A stretch of DNA of 64,000 nucleotides from Eledone cirrhosa (lineage: Eukaryota). Below, piece after piece: positions 37,743-51,361 of the stretch. Within the stretch, counting starts at the first letter, position 1; each line of letters starts with the position of its first letter. The notes under the pieces are model-generated. The model was not told the DNA's origin, ran no database searches, and saw nothing but the letters and a program-made list of their open reading frames with translations. The translations under genes were made by a program, and so were the position numbers. The stretch is from the NCBI GenBank assembly GCA_964016885.1, contig OZ024741.1:40548001-40612000 (forward strand). Reading direction: 5' to 3'.

Positions 37743-39628
37743 AAATTACCCAAGACACCTCCAACGAGATATACCTTGGAGGAGGCCAGCTAAGCCTGCA
37801 TAGGTGTGAGCTATCACATACACACACGACCTCAGACAACCTACCATGCCATTCCAGGGTAAGCTAAATCACGCATATTCTATCGTAAGCCAACTAATGA
37901 CCCATACTAATCACTGGTATGGATTAGAAATGATCATGTTTTCCCGATATGAGCCTACAGTTACGCTGTGGACGTAGCATGACTGAATGATTCGAAAATT
38001 TGCTTAGTATTCATAAGGTCCAGGTTCGATCCCTCTGAGTGGCATCTTTGACAAATGTCAATTACCTTAGTCTCAGATGAACCTATACCTTGTGACTGAC
38101 ATTGGCTTGACGGACACTGAAGCCTGTAAGATTGATAGTACCTATAATTCAAAGGACCTGTCTTGTCAAACATGTTATACTACATTTCATTGAGAATTAC
38201 AAGTACACAGATCTGTGGAATACTCAGCCACTTATGAAATGGAGAGTACCTGAAATTCAAAGGACCAGCCTTGTTCCACACAGAATCTTCTTATGAATTA
38301 CATTAAGGGTTCATATGTATCTCTGAAATACCCAGCCACTTTCATGTAAAGCATGAGCATGCTGTTCCTTTATAGAAATCGATAAAGGTTCGTTCCATTC
38401 CAGTTTAAATTCGATCAAGTTATAAGGCGACGAATTCACAGTCATGGGCGACAAATTGGCAAAGTGATGGGCGGCGAATTGGCTGAGCCAATAATGTAGC
38501 GAATTAAATGGCAGAGTATTTGCTGCGACTTTCTGCACTCTGAGGTCAAAACTTGCAATTGTAAACTTTGCCTTTCATCCTTTGCGAATCGATAAACAAA
38601 GCATTAATACAAGGGCGGTGGAATAGCGAAACTTATTAAAGAGTCAGACAGGATGCTTTACAGTATCTGTTTTGGATCTGTGCTTTCTGGGTTCAAATCC
38701 TGCCTCCAATCACCAAAATGGTGGTGACACCTCTGCCAGAGGTTGTAACCGGCAGATATCAGTAATAAGATGACCAATGGAAACGTAGTTTCCTTGTACC
38801 GATCACCAATCTGAAATTGGTTCCTTTTCTATTAGAGAACATAGTGTATTTCTTTATTGCATCCTCCAAACTTTGTTCGTTAACTTGACAAACATTGCTC
38901 ATTTAGAAAGAGAATTTTAAGAGATTTTTTTATAGTTCCTTCTAAAGTCTTAACGTTGTCTGAAATGTTTCTAGAGATCAGAGAGAAACCGTATTCTTGT
39001 CACGTCCCATTGTTCCCAAAGCTAACTTATCTTAATCACATTATCATTTTCATTTAATCAACTTAAAAACACTTTCTAGGTTATTGCTTAAACACACGCA
39101 CATAAACACATATATGTATACAAACGCATACACACGTACACATCAGAATACTGACTGTCGCAAAATACAAATTACCTATGTCCGTACACATGGTTATAAA
39201 GGCATATATATATATATGTGTGTGTGTGTGTATGTGTGTGTGTGCGTGTATGTATATATGTGTGTGTGTGTACGTGTGTGTGTGTGAGTGAGTATGCGTG
39301 TGTGTGTGTGAGTAAGTATGTGCATTGTGCATATTTAGATACATACATGCATCTTTTAATACAACTCATAGGTTTGCATACTCCCAAACTAAACAGATTA
39401 ATGTTTATGTATGTATAAGTTCCCCTTAAAACCACATTGTCACAGTTTCCATCCTATTGTACAATAGCTCGAGTCTTCTGCTATAGTAACGGGTCAACCA
39501 ATGCCTTGAGAGTGCTCTCTGGTAGACGGCAATTGTACGGAAGTCTGTCATATATATATATATATACAAATACACACACGTACACACAAACATATATAGG
39601 TGGATGGGTGGGTTTGTATATATATATG

Positions 39629-39682
<54 letters not shown>

Positions 39683-40461
39683 AAAGCAGAGTAAATGACA
39701 GTGTCACCATGCACGGAATCGACATAGACAATAGAATGACTTCCTTCCTAGACGAGCTGCTTTCCCCGCGGCTTACGGAACCCACGTCTACCCTGGGTAA
39801 ATTTATTCATTGAAAATAACTGCCCTTCCAGATGGGCTAACCTGTGATTTACTGACTGTACGACTGTCTCAGATATACGTATTAATACATATACACTTGG
39901 CAGTATCGGTAGAGGGTTGGACACCATGCTTTGCAGCAAAGAGTTACGGTCCTTTACGATCTGAGTTCCAATCCCACCGAGGTTAACTAGGCCTTTCATC
40001 CTTATGTGGTCGATAAAATAAAGTACCAGTAATACTCAGGGATAATTGCTGGCCTTGTGCCAAAAGTAGAAACAGTTAATTACACAACTACGATGTATAC
40101 ACATATCTTCGCAAAGGCACTATAGCAGTACAATCATAAATAGTTATTTAATTGTTGTTTTTTACTAAGTTTTTTTTTATAAAAACTGCTTAATGCTTTA
40201 ACCTTGTCACAACCTCATTTCACAAGCTTCTTTGCTATGATTGGATATATATTTTAAACATAACATTTATATAATTCGATTCATACACTGGAGTACTGAA
40301 TTTCTATCTCTTTATTTCATTGCTTCTTCTGTTCTTAAACACACATTTCGTCGCTTTTAATGTAATGACACCTAACGAGGGTTTTTTTGCTTTATGAGTC
40401 TGACCTGCATTATAATGTCACCTTTTGATTGTTTGTATTTGAATGATTACAACAACATCTA

Positions 40462-40552
40462 TGCTCCTGACGATATGTAGAGCAGCGGACCGGTTCCCAG
40501 TATATCTATTGAGGCACGGCCCGCGCTCCTGCATTGAAACGTTCGTAGAGTA
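40462..40552 (+). ncRNA. Type I hammerhead with long, well-paired stem II (family M)
   Basis: TGCTC CTGACGA T-ATGTAG-AGC-a-GCGGACCG...CGGCCCGC-GCT-c-CTGCAT-T GAAACG-tt-CGTA GAGTA. Confidence 0.82.
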
Positions 40553-40555
40553 AAA

Positions 40556-40605
<50 letters not shown>

Positions 40606-40719
40606 CACACACACAAACATACACACACACACACACATATTTATATATGCATACCCATGTGCAACCACGCAGCGCTCCATTTTTCTCATATATATATATA
40701 TATATATTACATATATATA

Positions 40720-40790
<71 letters not shown>

Positions 40791-41482
40791 TATTCAGTAT
40801 TTGAGTTGGAATAATATTATGAATAGACGTCACCCAAAAAAAAGTATTGAATTTATTTACTTATATATTCTATTACCTGTAATGGCAAACGGCTATTCTC
40901 AAATTTACCTGTTATATGTTTAACACTCTAGTATACATGTACTTATATATACACATAGACTCGCATACATTCACAAACACACATACACACACACACACAC
41001 ACACACGCTTACATATATATATATGTGTAAGTGTGTGTATATATATACATATATATATATATACATGTGTGTGTGGGGTGGGGTGTATGTTTGTGTGTGT
41101 GTGTGTATATATATATATAGAGAGAGAGAGATAGAGAAAGAGAGGGACAGAGAGAGAGAGAGAGAGAGAGATAGAGAAAGAGAGGGACAAAGAGAGAGAG
41201 AGAGAGAGAGATAGAGAAAGAGAGGGACAGTGAGAGAGAGGGAGAGAGAGAGAATAAGGAAGATGCGAAGTTCGGTGTAGATGTTTAAAACTCCTTTATT
41301 AAAAGGTTGTTATACATATTTCTGTGGTGATCCTGGTTACTACGTGATGGTTAATTACGTCACAAAACCTCCCACCATATGCTAATAAACGTTCCCACCC
41401 CGATGTTTTGACCTCCTCCAGTAAATGTTGGATACGCAAAATCTATGTAGCCTCTAGTTTATTTTCCTCTCAGACCAATTTA

Positions 41483-41537
41483 GAGAATGTTACTGATGAA
41501 AGATTAACGAATCTTGAAACATCTGTCTGGCATTCTC
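41483..41537 (+). ncRNA. Canonical type I hammerhead ribozyme (family N)
   Basis: GAGAATGTTA CTGATGA AAGATT-aacg-AATCTT GAAAC-atct-GTC TGGCATTCTC; 10-bp stem I, GUC triplet. Confidence 0.9.
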
Positions 41538-41674
41538 AACGGCTATTGAGGTACCTGTGACATGTTCAAAGAAGGAAACATAATTTTTTTTTTTTTTATC
41601 ATAACGAAAAAATATTTTTTTCCTTGATAGCGAAGTTTTCATTTACACTGGATAGAAAGAGTTTACTCTTTATA

Positions 41675-42062
41675 GATGATAAACACAACCACAAGGATAT
41701 GGTCCGAACGTGGAAGAGACAAACTCCCACTGTCATCGCCTCCATCTCTCTCGCCCCCCCCCCCATCTCTCTGTATGGAAAGCAAATGGCTCCCACGTAC
41801 TGGCCTCCCCACAGCCCCGGCGGACAGAATGGAGAAGGCGTTTCCCCGGAGGATGATAAGGGAGATGCGCTGGAAGAGCCATTCAAACTCGCAAGGCTCA
41901 CACCTGCGGCTGGCCAGCTCAGCGCCTATGGTGGTGAGTAGGGAGGTAGCCCGAGGGCCAAGGACACCAGAAGTCTCCACTGCCAAGGGCACGACCGCAA
42001 ACCTGTCGGAGAGCGACCGGTACTTGGAGAGCTGGCCCTCCTCAGCCCGATGTGCAGCAAAA
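41675..42062 (-). pseudogene. CRE-clade non-LTR 3' fragment
   Basis: [18 protein letters not shown]...FQRISLIILRGNAFSIL. Confidence 0.8.
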
Positions 42063-44319
42063 CCTTATCTGTACATATAGAGTACAAGATTCACAGAGAC
42101 TTCCTGAATGTTTATATCAATATACGCATTAAGTATATACAGCTGTACCCAATTTATGTACCATAGTTGACGGCTTACAAGACGCACGTTTTGGGGGTTT
42201 TTTTCCGAGTGTGTATAAGCGTATGAGTTTATGTAAGTGTGTGTGCATTGTTTGTGTGCATGTATGTATATGTTTTTATGTATATACATATATTCGCGTT
42301 TGCCAAAGCCTATAGTTTCACGATTGTTCGATGTATCAGATGGACAAAGGTGATCTGTAATGGAAAAAAAATGTTCTACTCTAAGTTTAAGTCTAGCCGT
42401 GGCAGTTTTATTGATTAACATCCATTAAATAAGGCGAACACCATAAGTTGTCATTCACGCGTTAAAAGGTTTTCACAAAAAAAACTTGCCTAATAGTATA
42501 TTTCCCAGGATGACATGCAGTGGGATCGAAACCGTGACATTATGATTGCGAAGTGAATTACATCGGTCAACACATTGTAAATGGTTGAAAATATTCAATT
42601 GAAAACAGACTTCTTAAAGGTACGCAACTCGTATAATATTTCGATTAGTTATTTCCCTTGTTAAAGACGTGTCGTCTGGAGTCACAATATTAGATTTATT
42701 TAATTTCTAATTGTGGTGCTGTCGCATTTACCGGTGTGTAGCCTGGAATAGCTTTGGTGTCGCAGTGAAAGATGCCAAAACATATAAAGAGTAGCTTCAC
42801 CGTCTTGTGAGACATCAACTTCTGCATTCGATAACGGAGTACAACATTGCCCCCAGCACACACGTGTGTTTAACGAATATTACATACATGCATACACACA
42901 CACATACAGACATACACATACACACACATACACACGATAAATGCGAATTTTTGTGCGTGTGGCCGCATGGCTTTCTGGTATTTTAATAAAATATTAAAGA
43001 AAATAAACTGCGAGAAAAAATACGTCATTACAAGTTCGTGTTGTTATTCCGTATATACATTTGCCTTTTAATTCACACTTGTATAAATAACTGTTTCTAC
43101 TTTTGGCACAAGGCCAGCAATTACCCAATGCATTACTGGTACTTTATTCTATCGATCCCGGAAGGATGAAAGGCAAAGTTAACCTCGTTATTTATACACT
43201 TGTATAAATAACGTTACAAAATGTTCACAATTCTTTCCGAATATTTATTCACAGTTGTATAAATAATATTACAAATACATAATTAACATTATAAATTGCA
43301 CACAATTCTTTCAGCATAACATTACAAATATAATTGTTTCTACTTTTGGCACAAGGCCAGCAATTACGCTGTGCATTATTGGTACTTTATTTTATCGATC
43401 CCGTAAGGATCCCTCGGTGGGATTTGAACTCAGAATGGCAAGGGCCGTAACTCTATGCGTCAAAGCATGTCGTCCGACCCTCTACTGATACTGCCAATCC
43501 ACCGCCCCTTTTACAAATATAATGTAATTCATAAACATCAATATAAACGCATAATAGAAAGGGGGAGAGGAGGAAACGAAAATAAAAACGACCATCAATT
43601 CACCACCAAGTGCGAGAATCGGCCGCACATCATAAGGGTCTTTCAGAATGAAGATATAAACACAAATATAAACACAGATAATAAATACAATTAGCTATTG
43701 CTAGGAACCTTATAAATATAATTGTTTCTACATTTGGCACAAGGCCAGCAATTACTCCAGTGTATTACTGGTACTTTATTTTATCGACCCCGTAAGGATG
43801 AAAGGCAAAGTTAACCTCGGCGGGATTTGAATTCAGTCCGTAAAGGGACGTAACTGTGCTGCAAAGGAACCTTATAAATATAATGCACCAAAATATACGA
43901 TCAAAGAAACAAAAATAAAAACTACCATCAATTCACCACCAAGTGCGACAATCGGCCGCACATCACAACACAAGGGTCAACCGAATATTCTGAGGCAAGC
44001 CAATAGGTTCGTAGCATTACCATGGGTGACGGTGAGGCTAAGGCGCTGAAACAACCAGGTACCCTCATGAGGATCACCTGACACCCCGGTAAGGAAAAGC
44101 TGCCAACGATGACAAGAACTTCGCTGTCAGCGGCCCAATTCCACCAAACGTGTCCCAGTCCCATTCCATAATGAAAGTATACATAAACAGAAATATTCAA
44201 GAGAAGAAAACTTTAATTTCCTCTCTGTTCATTCGTATTGTTTGCTAAAATAAGAAATCACTGAAACATTCATGTAAAAATATTTTCGCTACAATACGCG
44301 ACCCTATAATAGTGGCTTC

Positions 44320-44740
44320 TTCTTTTTCTTCTTCTTCCCCCACATATTCCTGAGAGGGTCGTGGGTGCTGAATCCTCAAACACTCCTTCCAGCGGGTTCT
44401 TTCAGAAACAACCATCTCCAACTGATCCAGCTGGATCCCCAAGCGAGACTAGCCAAGCTCACGGATATTATCCAACCATCTTCCTCGGGGTCAACCCTTG
44501 GGTCGCCTGCCGGTTGGTTTTGCCCATAAAATCTATCTAGCGATTCTTTCCTTAATTCAGCCTCCTGTCTGCCATCATTCGTGAACACAACCCCGAGACA
44601 CGTAAGCTTCTCTACCTGCTTCAGTAGAACTCCATTCACTTGTAGAGTGTACTGCGCAGGCTTCCTTGTGAGGACGAGTGTCTCAGTTTTCGCAGCACTG
44701 ATTTTCATTGCAGCCATGCAGCACTCAGCATCAAACCAAT
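44320..44740 (-). pseudogene. RTE-type LINE fragment with GAA-rich tail
   Basis: MKISAAKTETLVL...QVEKLTCLGVVF, then the RPKGRPRGRWLD region. Confidence 0.75.
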
Positions 44741-44867
44741 ATATCCGATGGCCGACAAACCGGTATGGAGGATACTCTGTTGGGCTATTTCAATTCTGTC
44801 TCTGCTTGTTACTGCTTCGTATCTTATTTTTGCTTAATTAAGCTGGCCATCAGCATGTTGTAGAATA

Positions 44868-44960
44868 CACAAGTCTGATGAGCTATCGATTCCAGAGTTG
44901 AACCCGATCACTACCGATCGTGCCATGAACTGATCGATCGCTAAACACGCGTCACATATG
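44868..44960 (+). ncRNA. Degenerate hammerhead with long stem II insert (family L)
   Basis: CTGATGA (44875) GCTATCGAT...ATCGATCGC TAAAC (G12T) ACGC GTC. Confidence 0.55.
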
Positions 44961-46157
44961 AATATACATAATGGTTTATATTGATACAGTGTTCATGCTC
45001 CTATATTCATAGGCTGACCAAGAAACTCGCATTGAATGACTAAATAAGGTTTATTTTTCAACACAACTATTTAGAAGAACTGAAATTAATACATGCATGA
45101 TTTCACAGCTCTAGCATCATTCCTTCATAGTCAGCTACTGAACTTTTCAGTCGACCCTCGTAAACGCTGTTGATTTATAAATATAAATCGGAAATAGCTC
45201 ACGGATCATCCAACTACAAAAACGATTAAGGAAATGACCGACAGTATTTTTAGTAATGTATATAAAATATGATAAACTATAGGTGCAGGCATTGGTTTAT
45301 TGGTTAAGAAGTACCGAAAGTGGTGTGATTGTATCAATATATCAAAGGGAGTTAAATTTACAATACAAGAGTAGCTGCCCTTGTATCCATGCGTACTCTA
45401 GGGTCTCAAATAACTGAAATTCCCTTATCCTCCTGCTTATTAATTTTTCAGATTTTTTCCCAACGCTCCGCTCTTATTCCACTCACACTACTTATTAAAT
45501 TTTGCCAATCTATCTCCGGTGAAATATTATTTTAAGTAGTAGCATTCCTGCAACAATTAATTTTCTTTAGACATTAAAAAAACATTCATTATACATGACA
45601 AAAAGTACATTACTAGAAATCCCATACGTTATAAAATAAATAGGATAGGTTGAGGGTGGCAATATGTAAACTAATTGACTAATTCTGTTTTTTTTTTTAA
45701 ATCAACGGAGACAACCTAGAAAAATACCGATTCCCCCTGCCCCGTTTATTCTGCCCCATCCCACTTGTGCCCCCCCCCCCTCTAGTATTTCTTTTTCAAT
45801 GAGTTTTCATTTAAAATGTATTCATATATCAGAGCTTCCGTTATAGTTTTGGGATTGCGTGAGGTCTTAAGTTAAGATGTAGCAGTAATTTGATACTCCC
45901 CCCAATAGAGTTTCTTTCACACTACCAAGCGGCCACAATGAAGCTGACCTTCGTGGTCTCATAGATAATTTTCCATTGTGAATGGGCTTTCGAGTTGCCA
46001 ATATATCTGAGATTTTGATATATCAAATAGCCGTCTGCTTATTCTCAAGTCCCGGAGACAAAAGGAAGAAATACTCAGAAATAACAACATGCACCCAGAG
46101 TAAATTCAGACAGTTACAGAGTTCATACTGACTAACTAGTTCATACCGACTTCTTTG

Positions 46158-46224
<67 letters not shown>

Positions 46225-47169
46225 CTCTATCTCTCTATCTCTTCCCCTCTCTCTCTTTCTTCGTCTCTGTATCGTCCAGGCCAGCGAAATTCATCCCATC
46301 AACAGAAGTTTGGTAAATACATTTTTAATAATACCTTTGCAAGCAAATTCACATACATATCATTCTGATACATAACATCACACAATTCATCGGGAACAGT
46401 TTTGTATGGCGCCAGTTTGTGATTTGAACTCGGGAATTTTATATTCTCAGAGCGAGAAGAGTCTTCTGACGAGAGTCCTCTTCTCAATGGAATTCCGCTT
46501 GGATTATCTGTTTATTTTGGGATTTGAAACCGCGCGGTAAAGGCACATATAGTAAGTACAGCGAACCTTTTAAAATTTATTTTAAAACTTTTTCTCTATT
46601 TGCTAGACCTTGATTTTATATGTTCTGGCTTGTTAATTTATTAACCTGCCATAGAACCACATTGGCATACGGTTGGATAATACTTGTATCCCTATATGTA
46701 TTTTTTACACGTAGGAACACATACTTTATTATATATATATATATATATATATTGTACATATGTATTATTATCATTAGCGCTCACGTTTGTTTTTTTTTAT
46801 CACCAATACGAAATTAAGAAAGAAATTATAAACATGATCATAGTAACATATTTAGAGTCAATAGAAAATCAGTGTAGTAAAAACCAAGATCATTCAACAA
46901 CTTTCCACATTCTTGGAGGGGTTTAAGCCCCAAATGCCCCTTGGCACCAGAGGACTTGTTTGTGGCAGTTTTTCACAAAATTTGTTACTCTGGAAACCGA
47001 GATTCTGTGAGATGAATTAACTTTTAATCAAATTTAATTTTTTTTTAATCGAATGGGTTTTACATGAATGACTGTAGAGTTAAGGAGTTCTCTACTCAGC
47101 CACATGACTTTGGATTGTGTCCCACCGTATGGCCCCCATGGTAAGTCTTCTTCTTGTAGTCGTATGACA

Positions 47170-48135
47170 TATGCACAGTAGCTAAAGAGGCAGGTCGAGA
47201 CCGGCGAGCCAGACCACGGTGTCGTTTGCAGCATTATGGATTGCTTCCAGGCCGTCAGGAAAACGTCAGAGGGGGCAATCCCGAACAACATGCAGTACTG
47301 TCTGGTCAGGGTCTACACAGTCACGTGCTGGGCTGTCTTCCCTTTTCCATCGATAGATATGATGGGTTGTCCTGGGATGTGTCAGGCAGATCCGATTAAG
47401 GGACGTCCATTGTTTTCTGGGAAGGTCAAAGCCGCTGGTTTAGATGTGGGGTCCTGAACAAGGTCTTCGTTGACAAATTTGAACTCATTCCATGATCTTC
47501 GCAACTCTTGGTTCGGATGAAATTTATTGTCATGAAAGGGTTTCATTGATTCCCAGGATGGCTTGCATGATTTCAAGCGCATGCTCGGAAGGTTTTCCGG
47601 GTCTTCATTGATGGGAAAGTGAGACTTAGACTTGGCAAGTAGTTCTGCCACCTGCATCATCTCCTTATGCCTCATGTGAGAAGGAACTATATGAGAAAGG
47701 GTAAGTAGCCATTGAGCAGGTGTAGATTTCAGTGTGCCATATAGTATTCTCATTGTCGAGTTGAGGATGGTGTCAACTTGCTTGGCATGGCAGCTCCCTG
47801 CCCACACCGGTGAACAGTACTCTGCAACTGAGTATTCAAGTGCTAAGCATGCATTTCTGAGTGTGTGTGTATCAGAACCCCAGCTTTTTCCAGATAACTT
47901 GAGGATGATATTAATCCTGGTCTTCAGTTTTCCGGCAACCCTCTTTAGATGCCCTTGGTAAGTCAGGCTGTGATACAATGTTACACCAAGATATTTGGGG
48001 TGTGGTTCATTCTTGACAGGTCTACTACAGAAGGAGAACTTCAGTTCCGTCCTAGCTTTTCTGGTGCTGAGATGGCAGACTGTCATATTGGTATTGATCG
48101 GTTTGGGGTGAAGGAGCCAGTAGGAATACTAGTCC
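47170..48135 (-). pseudogene. Ingi/Vingi-like LINE RT C-terminal fragment
   Basis: PKYLGVTL, RINIILKLSGKSWGSD, LALEYSVAEYCSPVW, GTLKSTPAQWL..LSHI. Confidence 0.75.
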
Positions 48136-48559
48136 TCCATATTGTTCAGGTCTGTGATGGTAAGTGTTCTCTACTATAATCTTGGATTAACCAATACCTT
48201 GTCAGTGAAATATGGTTGATGGAGATTGTACGGAAGCGAACCGTATGTTCTTCTACTATAAAACGATAAAAGTTTATCCGTTGAGCAGAAATTCCTTAGT
48301 TGTTAGAGAGTTGGATGTAGTCCTCCGAAGATATAACTTTTGCTTTGAACATGCTGAATCTTAAGTCATTGTATAATCATTTATAGTGCTTCTGAAGATA
48401 TACAATATTTGATAATGCTTTGTTATACTCAATATTTCCCCTCAGTTACTAAACTCAAACATTAATGGAATAAGATGCATTGAAACATTTGTAAAGCTAT
48501 TAAATAAATAAAAAAATCATAAACAAATCTATTTCAAATAACAACAACACTTCAAATAT

Positions 48560-48850
48560 TTAACAACGGAAAATGAAGGGACTTTGGGGTCACAGAGTAA
48601 TTGGAGGGGGGGAGGGTGATAGGCTTTAGGCCTAGGAGGCGGCGGTGTTGGAGTGACCCTGCGGACAAGGCCGCAAAAGCATTTCCGTGGACAATGGCCA
48701 GCGACACCCGCTGCAACAGCCACACCACCTCACGATGTTCCTTCCTCAAGCGGGCTCCTGACGTTCCGATCTTGTGGAGGAGCACAACAGTACGGGGTCC
48801 AAGTACACTTGAGGTCTCGACGGTGCGAAGAGGAAGCGGTCGTACTATTT
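48560..48850 (-). pseudogene. CRE-clade non-LTR 3' fragment
   Basis: VETSSVLGP...LLHKIG...WLLQRVSLAIVHGNAFA. Confidence 0.75.
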
Positions 48851-48928
48851 AAAGAAATCTACTCTGTCAGCTCATATTGTTATATATACTCTGTGTTACC
48901 TAAATTCTTCTATTATTTAAATAACCTA

Positions 48929-49660
48929 TTGGCAGTATCGGTAGAGGGTCGGACGCCATGTTTCCAGCATAGTTACGTCCCTTTACGATCTGAGTTCAAA
49001 TCCCGCCGAGGTTGACTTTGCCTTTCATCCTTACGGGGTCGATAAAATAAAGTACCAGTAATGCACTGGATAATTGCTGGCCTTGTGCCTAAAGTAGAAA
49101 CAATTATTTAAATAACCTCTCTTCTGAATTTCTGTTTCAGGTTCACTTTGCCTTTCATCCTCACGGGGTCGATAAAATAAAGTACCAGTTACGCACTGGG
49201 TCGATTTAATCGACTTTCCCCTCCCCCAAAATTGCTGGCCTTGTGCCTATATAAGAAATCATTATTATTGGCACTATCGGTAGAGAGTGGGACACCATGC
49301 TTTGCAGCATAGAGTTACGACCCTTTATGGTCTGAGTTTAAATCCCGCCGAGGTTAACTTTGCCTTTCATCCTTACGGAGTCGATAAAATAAAGCACCAG
49401 TAATGTACTGGGGTAGATTGAATCGACTTTCCCCTCCCCATAAATTACTGGTCTTGTGCCTAATCATTATTATGGATTGGCAGTATCGATAGAGGGTCGG
49501 TCACCATGCTTTCCAGCATAGTTACGTCCCTTTACGATCTGAGTTCAAATCCCGCCGAGGTTGACTTTGCCTTTCATCCTTACGGGGTCGATAAAATAAA
49601 GTACCAGTAATGCACTGAGTAATTGCTGGCCTTGTGCCAAAAGTAGAAACAATTATTATT
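48929..49660 (+). mobile_element. Four head-to-tail S1 SINE copies
   Basis: Copies start near 48929, 49140 (5'-truncated), 49268 and 49477. Confidence 0.88.
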
Positions 49661-49872
49661 ATTTGGCAGTATTAATTCTCTTCGGATTTTCTCCATATAT
49701 ATTTGCTGTGTCAAATGTTTTAAAACGCATTCATTCATAATAGATATCAACGTTATCAATAGTGTTGTTCATGTGACTGTCTATCAGACTCTTTTCCTAC
49801 TATATCAAGCATTAAACTAATAAATATCTTCATTGTACTGCATCATTTGCTGTGCTGTTTTACGTTTACTTT

Positions 49873-49974
<102 letters not shown>

Positions 49975-50289
49975 CGCGCGTATGTGCGTGTGTGTGTGAA
50001 TAGATTATGAGAAAGCTCCTCTATTTTCACTATTATTTGGGACCTTCAGACTGGGATATACTAAAATCTGTGGACACAAATATATTCCAAATTCAAAAGG
50101 ACAGCGGTGTTATGACCTTTATGTATACACACGCGCGTGCGCGAGCGCATGATGACTTAGAAGACATTTTTTCATTACCGACTGCCAAATAAACTTTTCA
50201 TTTTTTGTTCTAATGCTTTTCCTATGCTTTCAGATTAATTTAATGTTATATTGCTTAGTATTATGGAATCTGACCCCTCTAGAATGTGT

Positions 50290-51361
50290 GCTGATTATCA
50301 GACACATATACGATTATGTATGCTGCATGAACACAATAAGGGTTCCTCAGCAACAGAATATTCATTCTGCTTATAAAAATGAATTTCCAACTCTCCGAAC
50401 ATGCCAACGATAGTTTGAACAATTTCGATCAGGAAACTTTCCCTCTGTGATTCCTCTCGATCATAGCGACCAGGTTCTCTTGATCTAGAGCTTTTACAGA
50501 ATGTAGTGGAAGAAAATCCTAAGTAAACTGTACAAAAATTGGTAAATATGTTCAATAGATGTCACAAGACTATTGTAAACCGCTTGCACGAACTGGGAAA
50601 GGTGTCTAAAGTTGGCTATTGAGTACTATATAATCTGACTGCTATTCAACTAGATCAAAGAGTTGCCCTTTGCTTTTCATTAAAGGGTAGACTTGCTAAT
50701 GATCCTTTTCTGAGCAGAATAATAACCAGTGATGAAAAGTAGGTACTGTACAATAATATCCAAAGGAAACCACAATGGTTATCACCCAATAAAAAGGGGG
50801 AAACCATACCCAAGCAGGACTACACACAGAAAAGTTTATGCTCTGTGTTTGGTGGGATATGAAGGGTGTCGTCTATTATGAAGTGTTGAACTCAGGTGAG
50901 ACAATTAATGCTGATAAATATTGTCACCAACTGGAATCATTACATCAAAATTTGCAGAAAAAGCGACTGGCATTGTCATTGGCAATAACGACAATGCAAG
51001 ACACATACTGTCCGAATTACACAGAACAAATTCTTACACTTAATCTAGAGGTTTTTCCTCATTCTCTTTATTCGCCTGATCTTTCTACAACGGATTATCA
51101 TCTTTTTAAATCATTGCAACATTTTCTCACTGAAAAACAGTTTACAAATCGAGAAGAGGTAAAAAGGACGTTGGGTCTTTCTTTGTTTCACAACCTGAAG
51201 AATGTTATGCTAAAGGGATCAACAAACTGCCAACCAGATGGAATTATGTTATTAAAAATCAGGGAAAATATTATCTTCATTGAATATATCTATCATAACC
51301 AAATAAACGTCTTTTCCTTTCCTTGTCAAAAATGTGACAGAACTTTGTATCCAACCTAATA
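50290..51361 (+). mobile_element. Degenerate mariner (DD34D) transposon
   Basis: FLSRIITSDEK*VLY, MLCVWWDMKGVVYYE, PHSLYSPDLSTTDYHLF; 3' terminal repeat AACTTTGTATCCAACCTAATA. Confidence 0.9.

Noticed and set aside
45394-46970. Possible non-autonomous DNA transposons at about 45394-45787 and 46272-46958
   Set aside because: Ends are suggestive, but matching terminal repeats and target duplications could not be confirmed.
37584-49660. tRNA genes at SINE heads
   Set aside because: A/B boxes run into repeated SINE bodies with no complete acceptor stem.
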